A DNA stretch of 64,000 nt from Bacilli bacterium (GTDB taxonomy: Bacteria; Bacillota_I; Bacilli_A; RFN20; CAG-826). The stretch is taken from positions 224,001 to 288,000 of the forward strand of contig JAZLKX010000025.1 of the NCBI GenBank assembly GCA_045597865.1, written 5' to 3'. This document shows positions 18,924-29,594 of the stretch, piece after piece (the stretch's first letter is position 1; each line of letters begins with the position of its first letter). Under the pieces are notes generated by a model. That model searched no databases. It worked only from the letters and a program-made list of their open reading frames with translations, and was not told where the DNA came from. The position numbers were made by a program, and so were the translations under genes.

Positions 18924-21900
18924 ATGAAGAAGTTTTCTAAGATTTTAATTTTGTTAACACCATTAGTTTTATCTAGTTGTGATTTTAATTTTAGCCAATT
19001 AACTGAAAAGAACTTAGTATTTTCTGATCCAATGGCTTTCCAATATAGAGTTGGTGATGTTTTTGATGATTTTGTCGAAAATGGTGGACTTAATGTTGAC
19101 GTTAAAATGTCTGATGATTCCATTAAGGAATTAAATAAAGAAGAATTTAGATACACTATAAAGGATTCAAATGGTAATTTTATTACCCCTACAAGAGCCT
19201 TTACTAAAGAAGGAGATTATACAGTCTCTGTAACAAGAAATATGTTAGAACCAATTTCTGAATCTATCAGTGTTGGAAAGAAATTATCTGGTGTAGTTTT
19301 AACAAGCATTTCTGCATCTGGCTACACAAATACAGTTTCTCAAGGTGATAGCTATAGTTATGATGGTGTTGTTACCGCCACTTATAGTGATGGCACAACA
19401 AAAGATGTAACATTATTAGCAGATAAAGGCAGCATTTCGACCGCAAACATAGGTATTGAAACAGGACTTATTTCATACACTGAAGATGAGATTACTAAAA
19501 CAACTCAATATTCAGTTGAAGTAACAGAAAAAGCACCAGAATATGAAACAATCACAGTTGATGAAGCTGTCGCAATTATTGATGGATTAACTCAAAACGT
19601 TGTTAGCGACCAAGAATATTACGTTAAAGGCGTTGTAACCGGTGTTGAAAAAGACCAAAATGGCTTTAATGGTAGTTTCTTAAATTCAAATCTTAAATTT
19701 AGATCAATTAAAGAAAATGGTGTTGCTAATACCGTTGATGAAATTGATGGTAAAGAAGTTATCATTTTTGGTTATTTAGAAAATTATAATGGAATTTATC
19801 AAATTCCTTATTTACCAGTTTCCGCATCTCCTACAGGTCAAAAATATAATGGTAAGTTAATCTGGGTTGAATCAAGCGGAAGCGAAGAGACTATTGATGT
19901 TACTAACGTTTCAATTTCACCAATTAACAAGACATTAAAAGTTAATGAAACTTACACTTTATCCGCTAAAGTTTTGCCAGAAAACGCAACTGATAAGTCA
20001 ATCACATGGAGTTCAAGTGACTCAAGTGTTTGTTCAGTTACTAGCGCTGGCGTTATTAAAGGTCTTAAGACTGGTAATGCAATAATTACTGCAACTACAA
20101 GTAATAACTTGACAGCAGAATGTTCCGTTACGGTAATCAGTGGTGGATCAACTCCAATTGAGGGTAATAAATATGAAATTGCCTTCAATAAGTATGAAGT
20201 TGATGGCCAAACAGAACTTAACATTTCGACTGTTTATGACCAAATTACAGCTGGTGCAGATAATATTTCATCATTTACATATGTTTCTAAGATTTATAAA
20301 GGAACTGATGGTTTAAAATTTGGTTCTAATAGATCTGGTGGACAAATAACATTTGATTTATCAAATGAAATTAGTTCAATTGAATGCTCTCAGATCATTG
20401 TTGATGTTTCTCAATATGGCACAACCTCCACAACAATAAATGTTTCTGCAGATGATAGTTTAATTGTTTCTGGATCATCTGCTGATTCACAAATTATTGG
20501 AACACTTTCAAAACCAAAAGAAATTAGTGAAATTTCAATTAGAACATCAGCTAGAGCTTATGTATCTAAAGTTACTTTAGTATGTGCTGAAATTGAAGAA
20601 ATTCCTGTTACAAGCATCTCAATTCCAAGCTCTAAAACAATCTCAATTGGTAATAGTGAACAACTTACAGTTACATACACACCTAGTAACGCAAATACAG
20701 GCAAGAAAATTACCTGGACTTCAAACAAAACTAGTGTTGCTACAGTTGAAGATGGATTAGTTAGAGGAATTGCTGCAGGAACTGCTACAATTACTGCCAC
20801 ATCAGAGGGTGGTTATACCTCAACTTGTTCTGTTACAGTTAACGAAGTTGCAGTTACAAGCGTTTCAGTTTCTCCAACATCACAAACTATGTCTGTTGGT
20901 TCAACAAAACAACTTACAGCAACTATTTCTCCAAGCAACGCTTCAAATAAAACTCTTACTTGGAGTTCATCTAAACCAACTGTTGCTTCAGTAAGTTCTG
21001 ATGGCCTTGTAACAGCTAATGCTGTTGGTAGTGCAACAATTACCGTAAAATCAAATAATAACAAGACTGCAACATGCTCAATTACCGTTGAAGAATCAAC
21101 TAAAGATGCATGGACAATTCTTATTTATATGTGTGGTGCTGATCTTGAGTCAGAATCAGGCTTAGCAACCAGTGACATTAAGGAAATTCTTTCCGTCTCA
21201 AATCAACCAAGCGATGTTAATATTGTTATTGAAACTGGTGGCGCAAAATCATGGTCACTTTCAAGCACATATTTAAGCGGTGCTACTAAGATTGATTCTT
21301 CTAAACTTTCAAGATGGCACGTTGCTAATAAAAAACTTGTTTTTGATGAATCATTAACGTATGCATCTATGGGCGCAAGTTCAACACTCCAATCATTCGT
21401 TGAATACGGAATTAGAGAATATCCAGCAGAAAAAACTGGTGTCATTTTCTGGAACCATGGCGGTGCAATGTATGGTTGTTGTTACGACGAAAAGAAGAAC
21501 GATGATTCACTTGTAAATAGTGAGATGAAAGAAGCCTTCTCAAACGCTCTTTTTAATACCGGTTCAAGTAAACTTGAATTTGTTGGATATGATACATGTT
21601 TAACACAAGTTCAAGACATTGCAGAATTCAACTCAAATTATTTCAATTACATGATTGCTTCTGAGGAAGCTGAAGCCGGTGAAGGATGGGACTATGATAC
21701 ATGGGTTGATGACCTTTATGCAAAGAAAGAAACAAGCACAATTTTAACTGCAATTGTTGATGGATTTATTACCGATAATGGCGGCGCAAGTTCAACTCGT
21801 TCAGATCAAACATTATCATGGCTTGATTTAACAGCTATGCCAGCGTATAAAACTGCATTTGAAAACTTTGCTTCTGCTTTAAAAACTAAGTTATCTAATA

Positions 21901-22259
21901 GCGGTGTAAGCAAATCAACATTTGCATCTTGGATGAGCAAAAATGTTAAGGCATTCTGTACTGACTCTGATGAAGATGAAAAATACTATTGTCTATTCGA
22001 TGTCAAAGACATGATCAATGATTTATCAAGCAGTTCATATAATCCTGGTTCAAGTTATTTAGATGCAGTTGATTCTGCCTTCTCAAATTTAGTTAAGTAT
22101 AGTGTTGCTCAAAAGGGTGCTGGAAACGCTTATGGATTAGGTTGTATTTATTGCCAAGCTTCAACGTATAGCAGTTATATTAAGAGTGCTTATACAGCAG
22201 GCGAAACCAACTTCTCGAACTGGTTAAGTTTCTGCAAAACATACAGCTATTTAGCATAA
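18924..22259 (+). CDS. Surface lipoprotein with bacterial Ig-like repeats and C-terminal clostripain (peptidase C11) domain
   Basis: MKKFSK...LVLSSC lipobox (start 18924); Big_2-type repeats (PENATDKSITWSSSD...G.A.ITAT); WTILIYMCGADLES, FWNHGG (His) and YDTCL (Cys). Confidence 0.88.
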   Translation: MKKFSKILILLTPLVLSSCDFNFSQLTEKNLVFSDPMAFQYRVGDVFDDFVENGGLNVDVKMSDDSIKELNKEEFRYTIKDSNGNFITPTRAFTKEGDYTVSVTRNMLEPISESISVGKKLSGVVLTSISASGYTNTVSQGDSYSYDGVVTATYSDGTTKDVTLLADKGSISTANIGIETGLISYTEDEITKTTQYSVEVTEKAPEYETITVDEAVAIIDGLTQNVVSDQEYYVKGVVTGVEKDQNGFNGSFLNSNLKFRSIKENGVANTVDEIDGKEVIIFGYLENYNGIYQIPYLPVSASPTGQKYNGKLIWVESSGSEETIDVTNVSISPINKTLKVNETYTLSAKVLPENATDKSITWSSSDSSVCSVTSAGVIKGLKTGNAIITATTSNNLTAECSVTVISGGSTPIEGNKYEIAFNKYEVDGQTELNISTVYDQITAGADNISSFTYVSKIYKGTDGLKFGSNRSGGQITFDLSNEISSIECSQIIVDVSQYGTTSTTINVSADDSLIVSGSSADSQIIGTLSKPKEISEISIRTSARAYVSKVTLVCAEIEEIPVTSISIPSSKTISIGNSEQLTVTYTPSNANTGKKITWTSNKTSVATVEDGLVRGIAAGTATITATSEGGYTSTCSVTVNEVAVTSVSVSPTSQTMSVGSTKQLTATISPSNASNKTLTWSSSKPTVASVSSDGLVTANAVGSATITVKSNNNKTATCSITVEESTKDAWTILIYMCGADLESESGLATSDIKEILSVSNQPSDVNIVIETGGAKSWSLSSTYLSGATKIDSSKLSRWHVANKKLVFDESLTYASMGASSTLQSFVEYGIREYPAEKTGVIFWNHGGAMYGCCYDEKKNDDSLVNSEMKEAFSNALFNTGSSKLEFVGYDTCLTQVQDIAEFNSNYFNYMIASEEAEAGEGWDYDTWVDDLYAKKETSTILTAIVDGFITDNGGASSTRSDQTLSWLDLTAMPAYKTAFENFASALKTKLSNSGVSKSTFASWMSKNVKAFCTDSDEDEKYYCLFDVKDMINDLSSSSYNPGSSYLDAVDSAFSNLVKYSVAQKGAGNAYGLGCIYCQASTYSSYIKSAYTAGETNFSNWLSFCKTYSYLA

Positions 22260-22271
22260 TAAAATTATCAG

Positions 22272-22311
22272 AAAACGCTTTCTTTAGAAAACTCTATCGA
22301 GAGCGTTTTTT
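22272..22311 (+). terminator. Intrinsic terminator after the first clostripain gene
   Basis: AAAACGCTTT...AGAGCGTTTT stem plus T run. Confidence 0.7.
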
Positions 22312-22449
22312 ATTTTCAAAATTTATTTAGAAAATGATTAAAGTTTCGATTGGATCTTATTTTTTACATTTAAAACTGAAATTTTCCCATTAATTTGATA
22401 CACTTTAATTAATTAAAAATCTAATTTAGACCCGGCTAGATTTTACTAT

Positions 22450-25400
22450 ATGAAAAATAGAAATAAATTATTTACATCAATTGCTATATTAGGATCAGCT
22501 ATTTTTGCTATGGTTCTTACTGCAGGCACTGGAGTTTTTGAAGCTTTAGGTTTATTTAATAGCTCTAGAGCAACAAATAATGGAACTTATGCTATTAACT
22601 TCACCAATAAGAAAAATGCTTATCTAGGAGAAGGGACACAAGTTGTTCTTACAGAAAATGGCGGTGCAGTTAATTTTTCATTTTCAAATTGTGCAAAATT
22701 GACAGGTGGTTTTGCTACCATAAACAATGGCGGAACCATTTCAAATAATGAGCAGATCACTTCAATTAACAAAGTTAATGCTGTTTATACTGCTTCTACC
22801 GGAGCTTCTTTAAAATTCAAAGCCTCTTTAGATAAAATTCATTGGGGCGAATATGTTACTATTGCTTCAGATGCAGATTTTATATTAGATTCCCATCCTT
22901 ATTATTTACAATTTGCTGCTGATGGTGGATCTATTAACATTGAAAGCTTAAACATAAGTTTCCTTTGTTCTCCAAATCCAAATGCTGAAAAAGAAGGCGG
23001 CGATTCAATCTTTAGACTCAAGAAAGATTTCGACTGTGATGAAGACATTTCTGGAACTTACTTAATTGTCGGCAATGCAAGAAATAACACAAATGTTTGT
23101 CTTGATGGTTCATTATCTAGTGGTTTTGCTGATAACAATAGCGGATATCCAGTAACAATTAATTCTGATAGCACAATCACATATAGTGAAGAATTAAATG
23201 ATAGGACATTCACTATCAGTAAATATGATGTTGGTTCAGATGGATACTATATGTATGATGTTAAGGCTGCTTCTGGAGTTTATATAGGAACTGATTCTGC
23301 AAAATCTATTAAAACATCTACTACAGCGCATTATTTTGATAATGAATTCTGGTATGGTAGTGACGAAAGCCGTGACAATGGCGAAACTACATTCTTAAAA
23401 TTCTATTCTGGCGGATATTATTTACGCTATAACTACGACAACAATACTCCTCCAACAAATAAGTTCAATTTCTATAACAACTTTAATATGCAAGATGTGT
23501 ATCTTTATCAATTATTTGGTGAAGGCGGTGGCGGTGATCCAACACCAGTTTACGAATCTGGTATTTTGCACACAGCAAACAAGACAACATTCTCCGTAAA
23601 TGAAAAATTAAATGATTTCCTCGATTCAGATGAAGGCGTTAAAATTTCCGTTAGAATGTCTGATGGATCTACAACATCGATAACAAAAGATAAATATAAT
23701 GTTAAGATTGAAGACTCTTTAGGAAATGAAGTTTTACCAACAAGTGAATTCCCACATGCTGGACTTTACTATGTAACTATCAGTTATAAAGCTTTACTTC
23801 CAATTACATTTACAATTAATGCAAATGATTTTGCTACATCAATCACAGCATTTAAGACAACAACAAGTTATGATGTTGGCGATGCAATTAATTTAAGCGA
23901 TGTTACTGCAAAGGTTAATTATTATATTGAAGAAACAGATCAATTTATTACTTATAGCAATTTTGCTGCAAACAATTTAACTGCAACATTGAAAAATCCA
24001 AGCGGACAAACTGTCTCCACTAGTGGAACATTTAATGTTTCAGGCAGATGGCATTTAGTCATTTCTCTTATCGATAATCCTTCAATTTCTACAACTGTTG
24101 ATATCGACGTTGCTGTTGTTAGTGTTACATCTATTACATTAGATAAAACTAGTGCAACAATCGAAATTGGTTCACAAGAAACGATTACTCCGACAGTTTT
24201 GCCAGAAAATGCCTCAGATAAAGGTGTTACATGGACATCCAGCGCATCATCAGTTGCATCAGTAAGCGGTGGTGTTGTTACTGCATTGGCTGAAGGTACT
24301 GCCACCATTACTGCAAAAGCAGGAAATTATACAGCTACATGCAATGTTACTGTTATTCCTGTTTATGTTGATGGTATTTCAGTTGCCTCATTGGGCAATA
24401 TGAACATTGGTGACGAAAGAGATCTTAACGTTACAATTTCACCTGCAAATGCAACAAACAAAACTGTTTCATATTCCACAAATCCAGCTGGTATCGTAAG
24501 CATTACTGCAGATGGTAAAGTTACTGCAATTGCAGCAGGATCTACTGTTATTACAGTTACAACTGAAGATGGTAGTTACTTTGCAACAACATCTGTAACT
24601 GTTTCTGCAGTGAATGTTTCAAGCGTTACTCTAGATAAAACTGAGCTTGATTTAACAATTGATGATTCTGCAGTTACATTGAATGCAACTGTTTTACCAG
24701 CAAACGCCACAAATAAAGGTATTATTTGGTCTTCTGATGATAATACAGTAGCCACAGTTTCTGGTGATGGAAGTGCAGCATCTGTAACACCAGTTGCTGT
24801 TGGAACAGCCACAATTACTGCAACTTCTGCATCAGACAGCACAAAATATGCAGAATGCGAAGTAACTGTGTCAAAAATAAAATCTTGGACATTAGTAACC
24901 AATACTTCCCAATTAATTAATGGTAACAAATATGTTTTTGTTTCCTATGAAGCTGGAAAAGATTCGAATTATTATGCACTTTCTTCTAATCAGTTTGAAA
25001 AGAATAGAAGAGGGACATTAGTTAATAAAAATGAAAATACTATTACCTCGGTTTCAAATGCTGAATATCCAATTGCTGAATTTACATTAGGTACTGGTAG
25101 TCAAAACGGCACTTACAGTTTCTATGATTCAGTTAGTTATTCAGAATCAACTAAAACCAATGTTGGTTATTTATTCGCATCATCAAGCAGTTCAAATAAT
25201 CTTAATACAGAAAGTACAATTTCTGTTAATTCTAGTTGGACGGTCAGTATCGATTCAGACGGAGAAGCCTCTATTATCGCTGAAAGCTCTACAAATAGAA
25301 ATGTTATGCAATTTAATTATAACAATGGGTCGCCATTGTTTGCTTGCTATGCAAGTGCTTCTCAAACATCAGTTTGTTTATACACAAACTCTGAGGGTGG

Positions 25401-27987
25401 AGATGTACCGCCAGAAAAAGAGCTAATATCTATCAGTATTTCTGGTCAAACAACTGCCTTTACTCAAGGCGATACATTTAGCTTTGGCGGTACAGTAACT
25501 GCTCACTATGATGATGGTACAACAGCAGATGTCACATCTATCGCATCATTCAGTGGTTACTCTATGAGTGCTGTTGGAACTCAAACAGTCACTGTTTCTT
25601 ATATGGGACAAACCCAAGAATATGAAATTACAGTTTCTTCCTTAGTTGTCACATTACAAAGTATTTCTGTTTCAGGACAAAAGGTTGCATTTAATGTTGG
25701 CGATACGTTTAGCTTTGGCGGTACAGTTACTGGATTATTCAGTGATAGTACAAGACAAGATGTTACTAGTAGCGCAACATTTAATGGTTACAACATGTCA
25801 CAAGCAGGTAAACAAACTGTTACCGTTACTGTTGGCACTGTAACTACAACATATCAAATTACTGTTAATGCAAGTTCACCAGTTGATGTTGCAGAAGATA
25901 TGACAATTGAGAAAGCATTATTTGGTACAAGCATTAGCTATAACGATTGTGCAGGCACATATAATATTTCCGAAAATGGAAACTACGAGGTTTCAATTAA
26001 TCGTGTCTGTGTACAGAGTACACAACTTCAATTTAGTGCACCAAAGAATACTGCTGGTAAGATTTATAACTTAACATCTTTGCCGCTCGCAACTATTACT
26101 ATTTCACCTGCTAGTGCATGTTCAGACTTAAAGGTTTATTCCGGAAATGAACAAAACCCAACTCAAGACGAAGTTCTTGGTTCAAATGGTGTTTATGTAT
26201 TTGGTGGCGAAGCATATTTCTCAATTACTTCCTTAGCAACTGTTAAGGTTGATTCAATTGTCATTTCAGTAGGTACTCCAGAACCTGTTAATCCAACTGG
26301 TATTACTATTGGAAAATCATCAACAAATATTTCAATTGGTCAAACAGAAAAACTCACTTATAGCTTATTGCCTACAAATTGCAATCAAAATAAAGGTGTT
26401 GCATGGTCAACTGATAACAGCAGCGTTTGTACCGTTGATCAAAATGGTAATATTAAAGGTATTTCAGAAGGAACCGCACACATTACTGTAAAATCAACGT
26501 TTAATAATAATTTTGCAGCCTCATGTACAGTATATGTAAGCAGAGTTTCTGTAACAAGTATTACAGTTGCTCCATCAAGTAAGACTTTAGTCTTAAATGA
26601 CACTGTTCAATTAAGTGCAACAGTTTTACCATCAAATGCTTCAAATAGTGCTGTTACTTGGTCAACAAATAACAATAACGCTACTGTTACAGCATCTGGA
26701 TTAGTTACTGCTAAGGCAGTTGGCACAACAACAATTACTGCAACAGCTAAAGATGGTTCTGGTGTTAGAGGCACATGTGTTATCACAATTGTTGATCATC
26801 AAGTTGTTGAGGAAGATGCCTGGACAATCTTAGTTTACATGTGTGGTGCTGACCTTGAATCAGGATGGGATTCATATGAAGGAAAATATGATCCAGATCA
26901 TGACGTTTATTACGCATCAGAAGACCTTGATGAAATTAAGAAAGTAAAAAATCAACCAAATGATGTTAATGTTGTCTTTGAAGCTGGCGGCGCAAAACGT
27001 TGGAGTTCTACATATAGTTCATTAATTCAAACCGGTAATCTTAATAGATTCCACCTTAGTGGAAGAAACTATGTAATCGATGAACGTATCGATCTTGACA
27101 GCATGGGTGAATCAGAAACATTACAAGACTTCATTGAGTGGGGTATGGAAGAATATCCTGCTGAAAAGACAGCATTAGTCTTCTGGAACCACGGTGGTGG
27201 TATGCGTGGCGTCTGTTATGATGAAAACTTTGAAGATGATTCGCTTAGAAATAGTGAAGTTAAGTCTGCTTTGGAAGGTGCAGGATTAAACTCAAATAAT
27301 AAACTTGAGTGGATTGGTTATGATGCATGTTTGATGGCTGTTCAAGATATCGCTGAATTCAATTCTGGTTATGCTAATTACATGGTCTGTTCTGAAGAAT
27401 CAGAAGCTGGTTATGGATGGGATTATGATACATGGTTAGATGATGTATTTGCAAAACATGATACCGAAACGATTTTAACTGCAATTGTTGATGGATTTAT
27501 TTCTGATACTAACTCCTTATATAGACAATACAATTGGGGTGATTCTGATCAAACATTGTCATGGCTTGACTTAAGTCAAATGTCTGCATATAAGACTGCA
27601 TTTGATGCGTTTGCTACTGCATTAAGTAATAAACTTAATTCAAGTAAGGTTAAAGCAAATACATTCAAGAGCTGGGTGCTTAATAATGTTAAGTATTATG
27701 GTGAAGAGGATGTTGACTACTTCTGTACATTTGATGCTTATGACTTTGTCACACAGATTCGCGGAAGCCAATATGATCCTGGAGGAACATATTGCTATGA
27801 TGTACAACAAGCATTTAATAACTTAGTTGGGCATAACGCAAAAGGTTCGGGTGCCGGAAACTCTTATGGTTTAGCCTTGGTTTATGGTAACTCAAGTGCT
27901 TATAGATTAGGAACTTACTACTATGGCACTGATGAAACGAACTTCAGCAGCTGGAGAAGTTTCAATACAAATTACGGTTTTATTTAG
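22450..27987 (+). CDS. Large (1845 aa) secreted or membrane-anchored Ig-repeat protein with C-terminal clostripain (C11) domain
   Basis: N-terminal signal/anchor; multiple Big_2-type and Big_3-like repeats; WTILVYMCGADLES, FWNHGG, YDACL. Confidence 0.88.
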   Translation: MKNRNKLFTSIAILGSAIFAMVLTAGTGVFEALGLFNSSRATNNGTYAINFTNKKNAYLGEGTQVVLTENGGAVNFSFSNCAKLTGGFATINNGGTISNNEQITSINKVNAVYTASTGASLKFKASLDKIHWGEYVTIASDADFILDSHPYYLQFAADGGSINIESLNISFLCSPNPNAEKEGGDSIFRLKKDFDCDEDISGTYLIVGNARNNTNVCLDGSLSSGFADNNSGYPVTINSDSTITYSEELNDRTFTISKYDVGSDGYYMYDVKAASGVYIGTDSAKSIKTSTTAHYFDNEFWYGSDESRDNGETTFLKFYSGGYYLRYNYDNNTPPTNKFNFYNNFNMQDVYLYQLFGEGGGGDPTPVYESGILHTANKTTFSVNEKLNDFLDSDEGVKISVRMSDGSTTSITKDKYNVKIEDSLGNEVLPTSEFPHAGLYYVTISYKALLPITFTINANDFATSITAFKTTTSYDVGDAINLSDVTAKVNYYIEETDQFITYSNFAANNLTATLKNPSGQTVSTSGTFNVSGRWHLVISLIDNPSISTTVDIDVAVVSVTSITLDKTSATIEIGSQETITPTVLPENASDKGVTWTSSASSVASVSGGVVTALAEGTATITAKAGNYTATCNVTVIPVYVDGISVASLGNMNIGDERDLNVTISPANATNKTVSYSTNPAGIVSITADGKVTAIAAGSTVITVTTEDGSYFATTSVTVSAVNVSSVTLDKTELDLTIDDSAVTLNATVLPANATNKGIIWSSDDNTVATVSGDGSAASVTPVAVGTATITATSASDSTKYAECEVTVSKIKSWTLVTNTSQLINGNKYVFVSYEAGKDSNYYALSSNQFEKNRRGTLVNKNENTITSVSNAEYPIAEFTLGTGSQNGTYSFYDSVSYSESTKTNVGYLFASSSSSNNLNTESTISVNSSWTVSIDSDGEASIIAESSTNRNVMQFNYNNGSPLFACYASASQTSVCLYTNSEGGDVPPEKELISISISGQTTAFTQGDTFSFGGTVTAHYDDGTTADVTSIASFSGYSMSAVGTQTVTVSYMGQTQEYEITVSSLVVTLQSISVSGQKVAFNVGDTFSFGGTVTGLFSDSTRQDVTSSATFNGYNMSQAGKQTVTVTVGTVTTTYQITVNASSPVDVAEDMTIEKALFGTSISYNDCAGTYNISENGNYEVSINRVCVQSTQLQFSAPKNTAGKIYNLTSLPLATITISPASACSDLKVYSGNEQNPTQDEVLGSNGVYVFGGEAYFSITSLATVKVDSIVISVGTPEPVNPTGITIGKSSTNISIGQTEKLTYSLLPTNCNQNKGVAWSTDNSSVCTVDQNGNIKGISEGTAHITVKSTFNNNFAASCTVYVSRVSVTSITVAPSSKTLVLNDTVQLSATVLPSNASNSAVTWSTNNNNATVTASGLVTAKAVGTTTITATAKDGSGVRGTCVITIVDHQVVEEDAWTILVYMCGADLESGWDSYEGKYDPDHDVYYASEDLDEIKKVKNQPNDVNVVFEAGGAKRWSSTYSSLIQTGNLNRFHLSGRNYVIDERIDLDSMGESETLQDFIEWGMEEYPAEKTALVFWNHGGGMRGVCYDENFEDDSLRNSEVKSALEGAGLNSNNKLEWIGYDACLMAVQDIAEFNSGYANYMVCSEESEAGYGWDYDTWLDDVFAKHDTETILTAIVDGFISDTNSLYRQYNWGDSDQTLSWLDLSQMSAYKTAFDAFATALSNKLNSSKVKANTFKSWVLNNVKYYGEEDVDYFCTFDAYDFVTQIRGSQYDPGGTYCYDVQQAFNNLVGHNAKGSGAGNSYGLALVYGNSSAYRLGTYYYGTDETNFSSWRSFNTNYGFI

Positions 27988-28001
27988 TATCTAAATATTA
28001 A

Positions 28002-28046
28002 AGAAAACGCTTTCTAAGAAAAATACTTAAAAAGCGTTTTTCTTTT
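28002..28046 (+). terminator. Intrinsic terminator after the second clostripain gene
   Basis: AAAACGCTTT...AAAGCGTTTT stem plus T run. Confidence 0.7.
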
Positions 28047-28073
28047 GCGCTTCTATTATTTATAATAATAACC

Positions 28074-29546
28074 ATGAATTCTGCATTTAATAATGAACGC
28101 TATGTTGAACTTCAAAAAGAAGCTATTCTTAAACGCGCATCCGCGTTTCATAAATTATATATAGAAGTAGGAGGCAAACTCTTTGATGATTATCATGCTT
28201 CAAGAGTCCTTCCAGGCTTTAATCCTAATAACAAAATTAACATTCTTCTTTCTTTGAAAGAAAAGAGTGAAGTTGTAATTGCAATTAACTCAAACGACAT
28301 TAAAAATAGAAAGATTAGAAATGATCTTGGAATTACTTATGACGTCGAAGTTGAAAGACTTATTAAAACTTTTTTAACAATGGGTTTAGACGTTAATTCT
28401 GTCGTATTTTCATTTTATGAGCCAAATGTAGAGGTTGATAAATTCATGCGCAAATTAAAACGTATGAAAATCCAAACCTATAAGCATTATAAGATTGCAG
28501 GTTATCCTCAAGATGCATCTTTAATCGTTTCTGAAAACGGATTAGGTAAAAATGAATACATTAAGACAACAAAAGACATTGTTTTAGTTACTGCACCAGG
28601 ACCAGGTTCTGGAAAGATGGCTACTTGTCTTTCTCAGTTATATCATGATAAGAAAAACGGAATTATTTCAGGCTACGCAAAGTACGAAACATTCCCAGTC
28701 TGGAATCTTCCTTTAAATCACCCAGTAAACATTGCCTATGAGGCTGCAACTATCGATTTAAACGATGTTAACATGATTGATCCATATCATCTTGATGCTT
28801 ATGGAACTTCAAGTGTTAATTATAACCGCGATATTGAGGTTTTTCCTCTATTGAGGAATATCTTCATGAACATCTCTGGTTCTTGTATGTATAAATCACC
28901 TACAGACATGGGCATTAATATGGTTGGTTTTGCTATCGAAAACGATGAAGAAACTAGACGTGCGGCAAACGAAGAAATCATTCGTCGTTATTACCAAACA
29001 AAGAAGGATGTTTTACTCGGAAAACTTGAAGATGAAGCAGTCACAAAATGTGAAATGCTTATGAACCGCCTTGGTTTATCAGCAAGTCAAAGAAGAGTAG
29101 TGGAATTTGCCAATGAAAAGGCTAAAACCAGTGGTCGTCCGGCCATCGCTATTGAATTACACGATGGTAGAGTAATTACAGGCAAAAGAAGCAAGCTTCT
29201 TGCCCAATCTGCTGCGCTTTTACTTAATGCATTAAAAGCTTTAGCAGGAATTAATGATGAGATTCCACTTTTAACTCCAATGGTTATTGAACCAATTATG
29301 AACTTAAAAGTTGAATCTTTAAAGAATAATAACCCAATTATTCACGCTGAAGAGATTTTGATTGCTTTAGCAATTCAAGCTAATACAAATCCGCTTGCAA
29401 ACTTAGCATTAAAGAAGCTTCCTGAACTTGCAGGTTGTGAAGCACATGCTTCATGTATGATTAATACCAATGACTTAAAACTACTTAACAAAATTGGTGT
29501 TAGAGTTACAGAAGAACCAATTTCATTATTGTTTAAAATTAATTAA
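28074..29546 (+). CDS. DUF1846 domain protein
   Basis: LYIEVGGKLFDDYHASRVLPG, TAPGPGSGK, YAKYETFPVWN, SPTDMG. Confidence 0.9.
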   Translation: MNSAFNNERYVELQKEAILKRASAFHKLYIEVGGKLFDDYHASRVLPGFNPNNKINILLSLKEKSEVVIAINSNDIKNRKIRNDLGITYDVEVERLIKTFLTMGLDVNSVVFSFYEPNVEVDKFMRKLKRMKIQTYKHYKIAGYPQDASLIVSENGLGKNEYIKTTKDIVLVTAPGPGSGKMATCLSQLYHDKKNGIISGYAKYETFPVWNLPLNHPVNIAYEAATIDLNDVNMIDPYHLDAYGTSSVNYNRDIEVFPLLRNIFMNISGSCMYKSPTDMGINMVGFAIENDEETRRAANEEIIRRYYQTKKDVLLGKLEDEAVTKCEMLMNRLGLSASQRRVVEFANEKAKTSGRPAIAIELHDGRVITGKRSKLLAQSAALLLNALKALAGINDEIPLLTPMVIEPIMNLKVESLKNNNPIIHAEEILIALAIQANTNPLANLALKKLPELAGCEAHASCMINTNDLKLLNKIGVRVTEEPISLLFKIN

Positions 29547-29594
29547 TTATCACTTTTAAGTGATTTATTAACAAAAAAGTAATAAGATAATCAT

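Noticed and set aside
19890-26790. Internal repeats in the two large surface genes as DGR or phase-variation repeats
   Set aside because: They are diverged Ig-domain repeats; no reverse transcriptase, invertase or adenine-specific variable pair was seen.
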